Under the pieces are notes generated by a model. It ran no database searches. It saw only the letters and a list, made by a program, of their open reading frames with translations, and was not told the origin of the DNA. Source: a virus. Taken from it: a stretch of DNA of 64,000 bases. Made by a program: the position numbers and the translations under genes. The DNA is taken from the IMG/VR virus record IMGVR_UViG_3300049434_000014, positions 1 to 64,000 of that record; one strand, 5' to 3'. Below, piece after piece: positions 47,285-55,912 of the stretch (positions are counted from its first letter, which is position 1; each line of letters opens with the position of its first letter).

Positions 47285-47441
47285 AGACGGCAATGCCATG
47301 ATGATTATTGGCAGCGTTCGACGTTCTCTGCGTCGGGCTGGTGTTTCAAATGATGAGATCGAAGCGTTTTCCAACGAGGCTTTGTCTGGTGATTATGACA
47401 ATGTTCTCCAGACATGTATGCGATGGGTGTCGGTGAGTTAA
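47241..47441 (+). CDS. conserved small phage protein
   Basis: L.GEDGNA..I...V.R.LR.AG...SGDYD.VL.TC..WV; GGGAGG RBS. Confidence 0.7.
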   Translation: MDVKYPEIEVQLSGEDGNAMMIIGSVRRSLRRAGVSNDEIEAFSNEALSGDYDNVLQTCMRWVSVS

Positions 47442-47611
47442 TGTTGTCCTACGAGGATTGTTTATACTGGGCTGATCATCATCTTGGAGATGCACGTAGT
47501 TTGTATGGAGACTCACATGAACGTGCGCTTCGTATGGCGTCTGTGTGGGCTCAGTTAGCTCAGGCTGCAGCTATTAGAGGTTTTGCTGAGGTTGTTAAGG
47601 AGAAAGAGTGA
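47441..47611 (+). CDS. hypothetical protein
   Basis: TAATG coupling. Confidence 0.5.
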   Translation: MLSYEDCLYWADHHLGDARSLYGDSHERALRMASVWAQLAQAAAIRGFAEVVKEKE

Positions 47612-48399
47612 CGTTGGCTCTTGAGATTGAGCCTGATGAGAGCGGGGTGTATTGGATTACACCCCGCTCTCAGTGTTATAAGTTTTGTGAGATTTGTGAT
47701 GGAAGAATTACTGGTTATCCAGGCACTCTTAAGAGTCGAAAGTATTGTACTCGTATTTGCGGTGGTGTTGGAAGAAGTCGTATAGGAGCTACGGACAAGA
47801 CATGTTCATCTTGTAAAGTTACCAAGCCTTTGTCTGCATTCAGTAAGAATGCATCGTCTAAAGGTGATGGTTGTTACAGTGTTTGTCGTGTTTGCGTGTA
47901 TGAGCGGAATACTTCGAGACTTGTTGAGCTTGCTCCGTTAGGACATCGCACTTGTAAAGTATGTAATGAGATAAAGCCTTTGTCTGAGTTTTTAACTGCT
48001 ACTGATGCACGCCTTCGTCCTGTTACGTGTGAGTTGTGCGCACGACCACAAATGCTAGCTAAACATGCAGCTTACTATGCTGCGAATGCAGAACGTGAGT
48101 GTGCGAAGAATCGAGCACGTTACGCAGCTAACCCAATGCCTGTACTGGTTCGATCACGTGCGCATAGACTTGGCATAACAGAGAAAGAATACAATCGTAT
48201 ACTTCTGGCTCAGAACGGCGTGTGCAGTCTCTGTGGGCTTCCAGAGCGTGCTATGAGAAACGGTGAGCTTCTGAGTTTGGCTGTAGATCACTGTCATGAA
48301 ACTGACGTAATTCGAGGTCTTCTCTGTCTTTCTTGTAATACCATGCTAGGCAAGGTTGAGGCGTTAGGGGTTGAGAAGATATATGATTACCTCAACTGA
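47608..48399 (+). CDS. endonuclease VII-domain protein with multiple Zn fingers
   Basis: K.C..C...KP.S.F twice; LAVDHCHET..IRGLLC..CN..LG; AT-richer. Confidence 0.85.
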   Translation: MTLALEIEPDESGVYWITPRSQCYKFCEICDGRITGYPGTLKSRKYCTRICGGVGRSRIGATDKTCSSCKVTKPLSAFSKNASSKGDGCYSVCRVCVYERNTSRLVELAPLGHRTCKVCNEIKPLSEFLTATDARLRPVTCELCARPQMLAKHAAYYAANAERECAKNRARYAANPMPVLVRSRAHRLGITEKEYNRILLAQNGVCSLCGLPERAMRNGELLSLAVDHCHETDVIRGLLCLSCNTMLGKVEALGVEKIYDYLN

Positions 48400-49270
48400 T
48401 GCTGAATGTGCTTCTGAGTTACATCGACTCAAAATCTCATGGAGTCAATTACAGGCTCATACCATTTGTAAGCAGCGTGCGATGCTTCAGCGTCGTGGTG
48501 GTCGCTCTCCGGTCACTGATATCCGTAACTTCTTTCACGGCACAGTTTGTGATCGGGTAATGCGGGCGTGGCTGGAGAGCGACGCTCAGCTCGCGGGCCA
48601 GATGCCTCAAATGGTTGATGACTATATGGAGCGCTGTCTGGATGAGGCAAAGGAAAACGGCGAGGGTGTTGTTCGGTGGAAGTCTCGCTCGGACAAGAAA
48701 GAAGTAGCTATTTTTTGTAAGGCGCTTCTGACTCGCCTTGAGCCGATGCTGCAGCGGCTTGTACTTCCTTATGAATACCAGCCTGAGTTGCGGTTTAAGG
48801 TACCGATTCGTATTCCGTATCTTGACGGTCATCCTGCTGAGATTGATTTGGTTGGCGGGATTGATATCGCGGTGCGTCGCTCTGTGAATCCGGCCAGGTG
48901 GTTTGCTTATGACCTCAAGGCCACTCGCAATCCTGACTATGTGCGCAAGACTTTAGGTCAGGGGATTTTCTATGACATTGCGATGCTCGCAATGTTTGGG
49001 AAGAGTCCAGAGGAGTTTGCTTTCCTACAACCTGCCGTTGACTCGAATCCCATCGTTCCTATCCGGGTATCCAATGATGATCGTGTTTCCATGCTGGCTC
49101 GGATCAAAGAAGTTGCTCACGATCGCTGGCGTGGTGATGATGCACCAACTAAGAATGTCTCAGCGTGTTCGTGGTGTCCGGTAAAGTTTTCGTGCATTCG
49201 TTTCTCGCCACAGGCTTCTGTTTTTACCCCCGTGCGTGGCCGTAGCGCCGCGCTCCGCTCGGCTGGGTAG
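48383..49270 (+). CDS. PD-(D/E)XK RecB/Cas4-like exonuclease
   Basis: SWS.L..H..C; PE; GGID; YDLKA; C-terminal CSWC.....C. Confidence 0.8.
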   Translation: MITSTDAECASELHRLKISWSQLQAHTICKQRAMLQRRGGRSPVTDIRNFFHGTVCDRVMRAWLESDAQLAGQMPQMVDDYMERCLDEAKENGEGVVRWKSRSDKKEVAIFCKALLTRLEPMLQRLVLPYEYQPELRFKVPIRIPYLDGHPAEIDLVGGIDIAVRRSVNPARWFAYDLKATRNPDYVRKTLGQGIFYDIAMLAMFGKSPEEFAFLQPAVDSNPIVPIRVSNDDRVSMLARIKEVAHDRWRGDDAPTKNVSACSWCPVKFSCIRFSPQASVFTPVRGRSAALRSAG

Positions 49271-49278
49271 GACTTACT

Positions 49279-49545
49279 ATGACTGACGTTTCCACACGAG
49301 ATTTGTCTGCTGAGGTTGCTGCTGCGTCTGCTGATGTGGAGCGGTTGAAGACGGCTCAAATGCGAGCTGAGGCTGCCGCTGAGGCTGCCGACGCCGAGTA
49401 TGCGCGGGCTTTGGCAAAGCTGAAGGATGAGTTCGATGTTGACACGGTAGAGAGCGCTGCTGTTCTCTTGCGAGAGCTAGATGGTCGTGTGAATGCTGAG
49501 TTGGATATCGTGCAAGCCAAGCTAGCTGAGGCGAATGGGTCATGA
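49279..49545 (+). CDS. small coiled-coil protein
   Basis: Start 11 nt after motif; Ala/Glu-rich helix. Confidence 0.65.
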   Translation: MTDVSTRDLSAEVAAASADVERLKTAQMRAEAAAEAADAEYARALAKLKDEFDVDTVESAAVLLRELDGRVNAELDIVQAKLAEANGS

Positions 49546-49757
49546 GTGAAATTTTGTGCACTAGACATTGGATTGCAGATTGCGATTCTTTAGACTTTGG
49601 TGTTGCTGCTACTGAATCTGTTCCTGGGCAATTTGATGGTATACCTCATGAGTCGTATGAGGCGTCTTGTGTTGTTAGTTCCCACGGCAGGCATACTATG
49701 TATCCTGTGTCTAAGCAGCAGTACGATGACATCATGGCAGATGATATTGATGGCTAA
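49542..49757 (+). CDS. hypothetical protein
   Basis: ATGA overlap. Confidence 0.5.
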   Translation: MSEILCTRHWIADCDSLDFGVAATESVPGQFDGIPHESYEASCVVSSHGRHTMYPVSKQQYDDIMADDIDG

Positions 49758-49995
49758 TTACTCGCAGCGAACAATAACCACTACTGTTGTCGAGTTTTCT
49801 ATCCCGCTTACGATTGGTTTCGGCGCTTGTTGGGTTGAGGTAACGAAAGCCATTCGCGCAGCTCATACTGAGTTGTGGGATCTCGGCAGGGTAGAGCACG
49901 GTAGAGATGCCCCTGATGATGTGATTCGTCTTACCACTGGTGACGATGAAATCATTGTTTTCTACGAACGGCATAGGGTCGAGACTAATGAGTAA
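49750..49995 (+). CDS. hypothetical protein
   Basis: Overlapping operon arrangement. Confidence 0.55.
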   Translation: MANYSQRTITTTVVEFSIPLTIGFGACWVEVTKAIRAAHTELWDLGRVEHGRDAPDDVIRLTTGDDEIIVFYERHRVETNE

Positions 49996-50158
49996 ATACT
50001 GTGAGTGCACTGGTAGTGCACGCGAGCGTGGCTTTACGAATATCGGACCTAAGGATTCTCCGTGGTGGGTGTGTTCCGGGTGTATGTTGCCCACTCGCGC
50101 ATACGCTATGGCCATGCTCCACCCGTTAAAGCAGGAGCCTACTTATAATGAGCGATGA
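49988..50158 (+). CDS. small Cys-containing protein
   Basis: CEC...WWVC..C..PT. Confidence 0.5.
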   Translation: MSKYCECTGSARERGFTNIGPKDSPWWVCSGCMLPTRAYAMAMLHPLKQEPTYNER

Positions 50159-51482
50159 TGCAGGTATGCAGATGCTTGCTGATCTCGGCATTGCTCTGCA
50201 GGACCCTTCGCTGACTGAGATTAGTTCTGTGGGTGGCACAGAGATCTCTGATGAGCAGTTGCTTGATCCTGTCGCCGAGCCTGACTCTCCTCCTATCTTT
50301 ACGTTGCAGCGTATGGTTTTCGCTTCGATGATGAAGCAGGTAATGCAGGTGGTTCCGCTGCGTGACTTCTACCCTCAGCTTAAGAACGTGTTGATTGAGG
50401 TCACTGATGGTCGGCTGTCCTTGACGGGCTCGGACTCGACGTCGTCTGTGGTGTCTTCGACTACGGCTGTTCGTGTGGATAATCCTGGCCGTGTGTTGGT
50501 GGGCGCTAATCGCTTCGCTGCGGTGATTGCTCGAGCTGCGGGTGCGGAGGTCACCATTCGGTGTGAGGGTGCGTCTGTGCTCATCTCATCGGGCGCGGCG
50601 TCGTGGTCGCTGCGGGTGGCGTCTGTTCAGGACTATCCTCCGTTGCCTGATCTCGGAGATATCTCCTGGTACGATGTTGACCGGTCTGCGTTTGCTCGCG
50701 CGATCGGCGGCACTCGTTATGCTGCTTCTAAAGACGATAACAAAGATCACATCATGCAGCTTGATATTGCTGGCGGTGTTGTGACGGCAACGGATGATCA
50801 GCGTTTCGCTCAGGTCCGGGAGAGTTTGCCTGTTGAGTTCGGGTGTCAGCTTCCTGCGTCTGGTGCGGATCTGTTGATTAAGATGCTTGAAAACAATGAT
50901 GCTGCACAGTTCCGTATGGCTGATACGGACTTTCACATTGTTGCAGAGATTGGTCCTGTGCATGCTCCTGACCGTGTAATCATTGCTCATTTGATGCGTC
51001 CGTTCCCTCCGGAAGCTCGGACGGCTCTCGCTGCTCCGCAGGCCGACAATCGTGATGTCCTCACGGTGGCTGCTGACGATCTGATCGAGGTGTTGCGCCG
51101 CGCTGCTCCTACGGCTGATGAGGAGACGGCAGCGGTCGCTCTGCGGATCGGTTCGCCTGAGCCTGGCAAAGTGACGGTCGCCTCGCGCAATCGCTACGGC
51201 GATTTGAGCACTGAGGTGATTGAGGCTGCGTTCGTCGTCGCTGGCTCGGAGCGGGTCGCTGAGGCGCGCACGGTGGTGGTGAGCCACGTTCATCTGCTCC
51301 AAGCCGTCAGGGCGTCTGTGGAGGCGTCTCCGTTGGGCGACGAGGAGGCTGGCGCTGGGATGGTTCAGCTCTTGCTTGGCCAGCCTCGGTCGCGCTCCCG
51401 TCCTGCGTACGTGATGGTCACCGACGCCGGTAGGACCGTGCAGGCCGTGCTCTCGCAGGTCCGTTCGGACTGGATATCTTGA
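50148..51482 (+). CDS. dnaN: DNA polymerase III beta sliding clamp-like protein
   Basis: P.L.NVLIE....L.LTGSD; DYP.LP; YAASKD; ATD..R.A; AGGAG RBS. Confidence 0.8.
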   Translation: MSDDAGMQMLADLGIALQDPSLTEISSVGGTEISDEQLLDPVAEPDSPPIFTLQRMVFASMMKQVMQVVPLRDFYPQLKNVLIEVTDGRLSLTGSDSTSSVVSSTTAVRVDNPGRVLVGANRFAAVIARAAGAEVTIRCEGASVLISSGAASWSLRVASVQDYPPLPDLGDISWYDVDRSAFARAIGGTRYAASKDDNKDHIMQLDIAGGVVTATDDQRFAQVRESLPVEFGCQLPASGADLLIKMLENNDAAQFRMADTDFHIVAEIGPVHAPDRVIIAHLMRPFPPEARTALAAPQADNRDVLTVAADDLIEVLRRAAPTADEETAAVALRIGSPEPGKVTVASRNRYGDLSTEVIEAAFVVAGSERVAEARTVVVSHVHLLQAVRASVEASPLGDEEAGAGMVQLLLGQPRSRSRPAYVMVTDAGRTVQAVLSQVRSDWIS

Positions 51483-51537
51483 CATGGTTTCATGGTCATG
51501 CTATGTTGACATGACATGCAGGATCCGTTAAAGGAGG
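51479..51537 (+). promoter_or_regulatory. early promoter plus TCCGTTAAAGGAGG leader
   Basis: TTGACA-17-TATGTT with TG extension. Confidence 0.75.
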
Positions 51538-51541
51538 CAGG

Positions 51542-51802
51542 ATGTTTAGACCGAAGCGTTATTGGTTTCAGAGTGAAGACGGTACTTACTATCGTAATGG
51601 TCCGTTGGTTATAGCGGAGATGGATGATTATTGGTATCGTCCACGTTTATACGCTGAACTAGAGCAAGAGTTGCGTGATATTCGACGTGTTGGAGTCACC
51701 ACTAAGACTGAGTTAGAAGATGGTGATGTCGTTGCACGACGTTTGCCGTTTTCTGTGTCTCATCCTCACATGCCGGATCTTTCTCGTTTTTTAGATAAGT
51801 GA
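51542..51802 (+). CDS. hypothetical early protein
   Basis: AAGGAGG RBS. Confidence 0.65.
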   Translation: MFRPKRYWFQSEDGTYYRNGPLVIAEMDDYWYRPRLYAELEQELRDIRRVGVTTKTELEDGDVVARRLPFSVSHPHMPDLSRFLDK

Positions 51803-51830
51803 TCATACAGTTCCGTTAAAGGAGGCAGGG

Positions 51831-52139
51831 ATGTATCCGCATCAGGTTGCTGGCTTAGGGATGATGTCTAGACAGCTCGGTGATGCTCTCCGGATGTCTG
51901 TGGAGCAAGAGCGTCAGGCCGCACGTATGCGTCAGATGATTGATGCTTCGCTTCGTCCGCGTCGTACTGTTCGTATTACCTATTTCCGTGGTGCTGATTT
52001 GTATTACGTGAATCTCGTTATAGGTGATGACGTGATCAGCAATACTGTCGGCACTAACAATGAGGATACTGCCGAAGAAATGGCAGATCGGTTCTCCAGG
52101 TACTACGGTGTCGACATTACTCGAAAGGATGTTCCTTAA
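51831..52139 (+). CDS. hypothetical protein
   Basis: Repeat of TCCGTTAAAGGAGGCAGG leader. Confidence 0.65.
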   Translation: MYPHQVAGLGMMSRQLGDALRMSVEQERQAARMRQMIDASLRPRRTVRITYFRGADLYYVNLVIGDDVISNTVGTNNEDTAEEMADRFSRYYGVDITRKDVP

Positions 52140-52453
52140 TGACTGCACCCATGCGTCACGTGTGGGTGATGACTCGGGATCGTAATCGTAACTATCGTCA
52201 CGCGACGTGGGTTGCTGCGACTCCCTTGGCCATGACTCAAATGGCGGATTCTTTGAGTAGGGCGATGGGTATCCGTCGTGCTGCTGCTATCAATCAAGGT
52301 GTCGAGTCGTGGACCGACACGGGTGCGCCTAAGATCATTTTCGCTGTGGACGAGGGAATCGATATTGGTTCTCTTGCCGACGAGATTGTTCGGCATGGTA
52401 AGGCTGCTGGTGTCGAGTTACGTATCGAGCATGCTTCCGAGGATGGATTGTGA
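52139..52453 (+). CDS. hypothetical protein
   Basis: TAATG coupling. Confidence 0.55.
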   Translation: MTAPMRHVWVMTRDRNRNYRHATWVAATPLAMTQMADSLSRAMGIRRAAAINQGVESWTDTGAPKIIFAVDEGIDIGSLADEIVRHGKAAGVELRIEHASEDGL

Positions 52454-52899
52454 GTAACATTGGAATCACCGGTACAAGGTTTGGTCTTGCGATACCGCAA
52501 TCTAAGAGATTATTTGAAGTTCTTAGGCGCCTTTTTGTACCTGATTCTGTTTTACATCATGGTGACTGTAAAGGAGTGGATGAGCAAGGCGCGGCTTTAG
52601 CTCGAGCGATGGGTTATGAGCTTTGTTCACATCCACCGAGCGACGATAAGTTACGAGCGTTTGTGCCGTCACGGTTTTTGATGTGGCCGTTGCCTTACAT
52701 GGAGCGTAATCGCGCGATCGTTTTGCAGTCGAGCGTGCTTGTTGCTTGTCCTGACAGCCAGGTGGAGACTCTGCGGTCGGGAACGTGGTCTACGGTGCGC
52801 ATCGCACGCGAGCTGGTACTACCTGTGGTGCTGGTGTTCCCTGACGGGCGAGCCTCGCTGGAAGTTGGCAACTTGCAAGCTGAGGTACCGGTATGCTAG
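52450..52899 (+). CDS. SLOG/YspA-like nucleotide-binding protein
   Basis: GITGTR; LHHGDC.GVD; RN..IV; SGTW.T. Confidence 0.7.
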   Translation: MSNIGITGTRFGLAIPQSKRLFEVLRRLFVPDSVLHHGDCKGVDEQGAALARAMGYELCSHPPSDDKLRAFVPSRFLMWPLPYMERNRAIVLQSSVLVACPDSQVETLRSGTWSTVRIARELVLPVVLVFPDGRASLEVGNLQAEVPVC

Positions 52900-52902
52900 T
52901 TT
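52873..52902 (+). promoter_or_regulatory. early promoter
   Basis: TTGCAA-18-TAGTTT with TG extension. Confidence 0.6.
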
Positions 52903-52942
52903 GTGTTCACGTTCAACGGAGATAAATCCAAGGAGGATGACC

Positions 52943-54835
52943 ATGGCTATTCAGCCATTTGTCACGAGGGAACAAGCCGCAGCCCTTCGAGCTGCGCAGT
53001 CTGGCTCTAGGCTCGGCAACTCACCGGGGTTGGGCAATGGTCGTGGTGGAAGCGCTCAGATGGCGTTTGCTCCCACCCAGGAGCAGGAAGCTATCCGCGA
53101 CGGGTATCGTACTGGCCAAGACATTGTGATTCGCGCCCTCGCGGGTACTGGTAAGACTACGTCGCTGGAGATGCTTGCTCGCGACGATCTTCTCAAGCGG
53201 ATGACTTATGTTGCTTTCAACCGCTCTATTGCCGACGAGGCCAGTCGGCGTTTCCCTTCCAACGTCACCGCAAAGACTATGCATTCTTTCGCGTTTGGTG
53301 CGGTGGGTCGCCATTTTGCTGATCGGCTGAATGGTCCGCGTGTGGAGGCTTGGAAGGTCGCAAACATCCTCGGGATCCCTGAGCGTTTTGAGTTCGGTGC
53401 GTTCTCGCTCCGCTCGCATCAGCTTGCTCGGCTGGTCATGGAGGCTGTCTCGCGGTTTTGTCATTCTGATGCTTCCGAGCCCAGTGCAAGCAATATCCCC
53501 AAGGTTCCGGGGTTGGCTTCGGACGATGCGCGTCGGGAGTTGACTCGGATGCTTTATCCGTTCGTCGTGCGGGCGTGGGAGGATCTGTCTGCGCATCAAG
53601 GTCAGCTTCGTTTCTCGCACGATATTTACCTTAAGCTGTGGGCGATGACTGATCCTCAGTTGCCCGGTGATGTTGTGCTGGCCGATGAGGCTCAAGACTT
53701 CGATCCGGTGATTAAGCAGATCGTTAGCAATCAACGGAATGCACAGCTCATCTACGTGGGCGATAGCAATCAGCAGATCTATGAGTGGAGGGGTGCGGTC
53801 GACGCTCTTGCTTCCATTCCCAACGCGTTGTCTTTCCCGCTGCAGAAGTCGTTTCGTTTCGGGCCGGTCATCGCAGCTGAGGCTAATCGGATTCTCGAGG
53901 TGCTGGGCTCGCCTCTGCGTTTGGAGGGACATGAGCCTGTTGACTCAAAGCTGGCATTCCTTCTGGATCGTGGTGCTGCAGATTGCGTATTGACTCGAAC
54001 CAATGCCGAGGCTATCGCACGCCTGATGAATGCTCAGATGGATGGCGTGCGGGCTGGGTTGGTCGGCGGAACGGCTCAGGTCGAGGCTCTCGCTAAGGCT
54101 GCTCTGGATTTGTCGGAAGGTCGCAAGACTACGCATCCTGAGTTGGTTGCTTTCAATTCGTGGAATCAGGTTCGGGAGTATGCCGCCGAGGATCCTGATG
54201 CCAAGGAGATCCAGGTGCTGGTTAAGCTGGTCGATCGACATGGCCCTTACGCGCTCCTGGAGGCCGTGCAGCGGGCTGTTCCTGAGCAGTCTGCGGACTT
54301 GCTCCTGTCAACGGCTCACAAGGGCAAAGGCAGGGAATGGAACCGTGTCCTGATCGCTGGTGACTTCTCTGATCCTCGTGATGAGGATACGGGTGAGTGG
54401 GTTCCCGGTGAGCTTCGTCTTGCCTACGTTGCGGTGACGCGGGCGAAGAAGTTTCTCGATTGTTCCAATCTTTCCTGGCTAACTGAGCTGGCGCATTTCA
54501 ATCGGAATGAAGACGATCCTCAGCGGTATTTCTTGACTCCTGAGGAGGTCCCTGAGCGTGAGGTTATTGAGGTCGCGGCTGACTCGGCTCCTTCCGAGCA
54601 GGTCATTCCTGATCCTGAAGACGCGACTCGCTTGATGTTCCGAGGGACGAAGTATGATCCTGAATTGGTAGTTGCTCAGCGCACGCTCCCTCGCAGTAAG
54701 TATTACGGTATTTACTGTGGGCACGAGAAAGTGCGTGTTGTGCTCGCCACCGCTCAGGCGTTGGCTGTTGCTGAACGGTTCGGATTGACGGTAAGTCAGG
54801 CAGCCCGCGAACGGGTCGCTGAGCTTGCCGGGTAG
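52943..54835 (+). CDS. UvrD/Rep-family SF1 helicase
   Basis: ALAGTGKTT, AFN, DEAQD, VGD..QQIY.WRGA, SFRFG, STAHKGKGREW, RLAYVAVTRA. Confidence 0.9.
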   Translation: MAIQPFVTREQAAALRAAQSGSRLGNSPGLGNGRGGSAQMAFAPTQEQEAIRDGYRTGQDIVIRALAGTGKTTSLEMLARDDLLKRMTYVAFNRSIADEASRRFPSNVTAKTMHSFAFGAVGRHFADRLNGPRVEAWKVANILGIPERFEFGAFSLRSHQLARLVMEAVSRFCHSDASEPSASNIPKVPGLASDDARRELTRMLYPFVVRAWEDLSAHQGQLRFSHDIYLKLWAMTDPQLPGDVVLADEAQDFDPVIKQIVSNQRNAQLIYVGDSNQQIYEWRGAVDALASIPNALSFPLQKSFRFGPVIAAEANRILEVLGSPLRLEGHEPVDSKLAFLLDRGAADCVLTRTNAEAIARLMNAQMDGVRAGLVGGTAQVEALAKAALDLSEGRKTTHPELVAFNSWNQVREYAAEDPDAKEIQVLVKLVDRHGPYALLEAVQRAVPEQSADLLLSTAHKGKGREWNRVLIAGDFSDPRDEDTGEWVPGELRLAYVAVTRAKKFLDCSNLSWLTELAHFNRNEDDPQRYFLTPEEVPEREVIEVAADSAPSEQVIPDPEDATRLMFRGTKYDPELVVAQRTLPRSKYYGIYCGHEKVRVVLATAQALAVAERFGLTVSQAARERVAELAG

Positions 54836-54844
54836 AATAAGAGT

Positions 54845-54884
54845 GCGGGGGTCGGGTTCCTACCAGATGCGCACCGGCCCCCGC
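54845..54884 (+). other. hairpin at predicted 5' end of tRNA transcript (or helicase terminator)
   Basis: GCGGGGGTCGG...CCGGCCCCCGC; begins 12 nt after T of GGGTAGAAT. Confidence 0.55.
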
Positions 54885-54898
54885 TGATAACTAAATAT

Positions 54899-54970
54899 GC
54901 GTCGGTAGCTCAGAGGAAGAGCAGCTGCCTCTTAAGCAGCGGGTCGGGATATCGTAATTCCCTCGACGCA
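54899..54970 (+). tRNA. tRNA-Lys(CTT), atypical T-loop, no encoded CCA
   Basis: GCGTCGG/TCGACGC acceptor, GCTC/GAGC D-stem, GCTGC-CTCTTAA-GCAGC anticodon arm. Confidence 0.85.
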
Positions 54971-54971
54971 C

Positions 54972-55096
54972 GGGAGACCTGGACATGTCCTACCCCATAC
55001 TAAACTGATCCCGTGAGATATTGGGCCGATCCATGGTTCCTCTCTACACGTTCTGATGCTTAGGGTTGATCGCACGATTGGCCCTAAGCATCAGGA
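54972..55096 (+). ncRNA. pseudoknot+hairpin RNA module A
   Basis: GAC-CT-GGACA-T-GTC...ACTAAAC-TGATCC-CGTG...CACG then ~22-bp hairpin 55051-55096. Confidence 0.55.
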
Positions 55097-55103
55097 AATG
55101 CAA

Positions 55104-55179
55104 GCCTCGATAGCTCAGCCTGGACGAGAGCAGATGCCTTTTAAGCATCGGGTCGTTGGTTCAAATCCAACTCGGGGTA
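55104..55179 (+). tRNA. tRNA-Lys(TTT), no encoded CCA
   Basis: GCCTCGA/TCGGGGT acceptor, GATGC-CTTTTAA-GCATC, GTTGG-TTCAAAT-CCAAC. Confidence 0.95.
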
Positions 55180-55390
55180 CGTGAAATTATATAGAACCCC
55201 TTCTGAGGTGCAATCCGCGCAGTTACGTTTTCGCTGGAGTTCTGAGAAAGCAGCTAGAGTTATTTCCCGACATCGGGAATACTATATTCCAGTTGTAGAT
55301 TTTGTTAAACCTAATTGGTTCCCGTTGGCAACACTCAGTTTGAGTGTAGTTACGAATTGTGTAACAATTTTAGTTGCTTTGCTGATAAAA

Positions 55391-55545
55391 TAAACTGTAT
55401 TGGTGACCAGGCACATGTCACTGATTCCTTCACCGGGTCTACTAAACTGTACCCGTGCTGCCAAGTCCCTTCCTCGGACATCGCCAAGCACGTTAAATGG
55501 TTATGCCTCCTCGGTAAGGCGCCTTACCGAGGAGGTAACATAAAT
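55391..55545 (+). ncRNA. pseudoknot+hairpin RNA module B
   Basis: GTGAC-CA-GGCACA-T-GTCAC...ACTAAAC-TGTACC-CGTG...CACG-TTAAA then perfect 14-bp hairpin. Confidence 0.6.
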
Positions 55546-55664
55546 TAAACTGTATTGGGGGACCTGGAGTAAGTCCGCTAAACTACTCCCGTGTTTTGCA
55601 CGTTAAACAGTTCCCGACAGGATCGTTATGGAGGGTGCACCTTTCGGATGATCCTGTCGGGAAC
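55546..55664 (+). ncRNA. pseudoknot+hairpin RNA module C
   Basis: GGAC-CT-GGAGTA-A-GTCC-GCTAAAC-TACTCC-CGTG-TTTTG-CACG-TTAAA then GTTCCCGACAGGATC/GATCCTGTCGGGAAC hairpin. Confidence 0.65.
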
Positions 55665-55912
55665 GCTAATGACGAATACTAATCTCGGTCGTCGGGAGTC
55701 AAGGCTGTCTTTCGCAGATCCACGGGTATTAGTCATCACCGGAGAGTTAAGGTTCGTTCGGCCGGTTTTTATTGCGATACTTCCTTACCGGCTGCATCTT
55801 CATCTTGATGAACGTTCCTGCTCCCGACGACCTTCGACTTGACATGCATGGTCGTGTATGGTTGGGTAGTACTAGACAAGGTTGCAAGGTCGAGCGAGAA
55901 GGCGGTAAAGCC

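Noticed and set aside
48383-49270. CRISPR-Cas locus based on the Cas4-like nuclease
   Set aside because: No array or other cas genes; such nucleases are common phage recombination proteins
55450-55620. Pistol ribozyme (CGTG...CACGTTAAA resemblance)
   Set aside because: The hairpin loops have no downstream pseudoknot partner and the P2/P3 cleavage junction is not evident
55603-55680. Fluoride riboswitch (TAAAC...GCTAATGAC resemblance)
   Set aside because: No 5' GGNGATG element; the ATGAC segment pairs locally with GTCAT near 55732
55181-55912. Short ORFs 55181-55393, 55315-55548, 55591-55842 and the 55772 extension of the ligase
   Set aside because: No RBS, atypical composition, and they overlap extensive RNA structure; ligase start at 55913 follows a promoter motif and GAAGG
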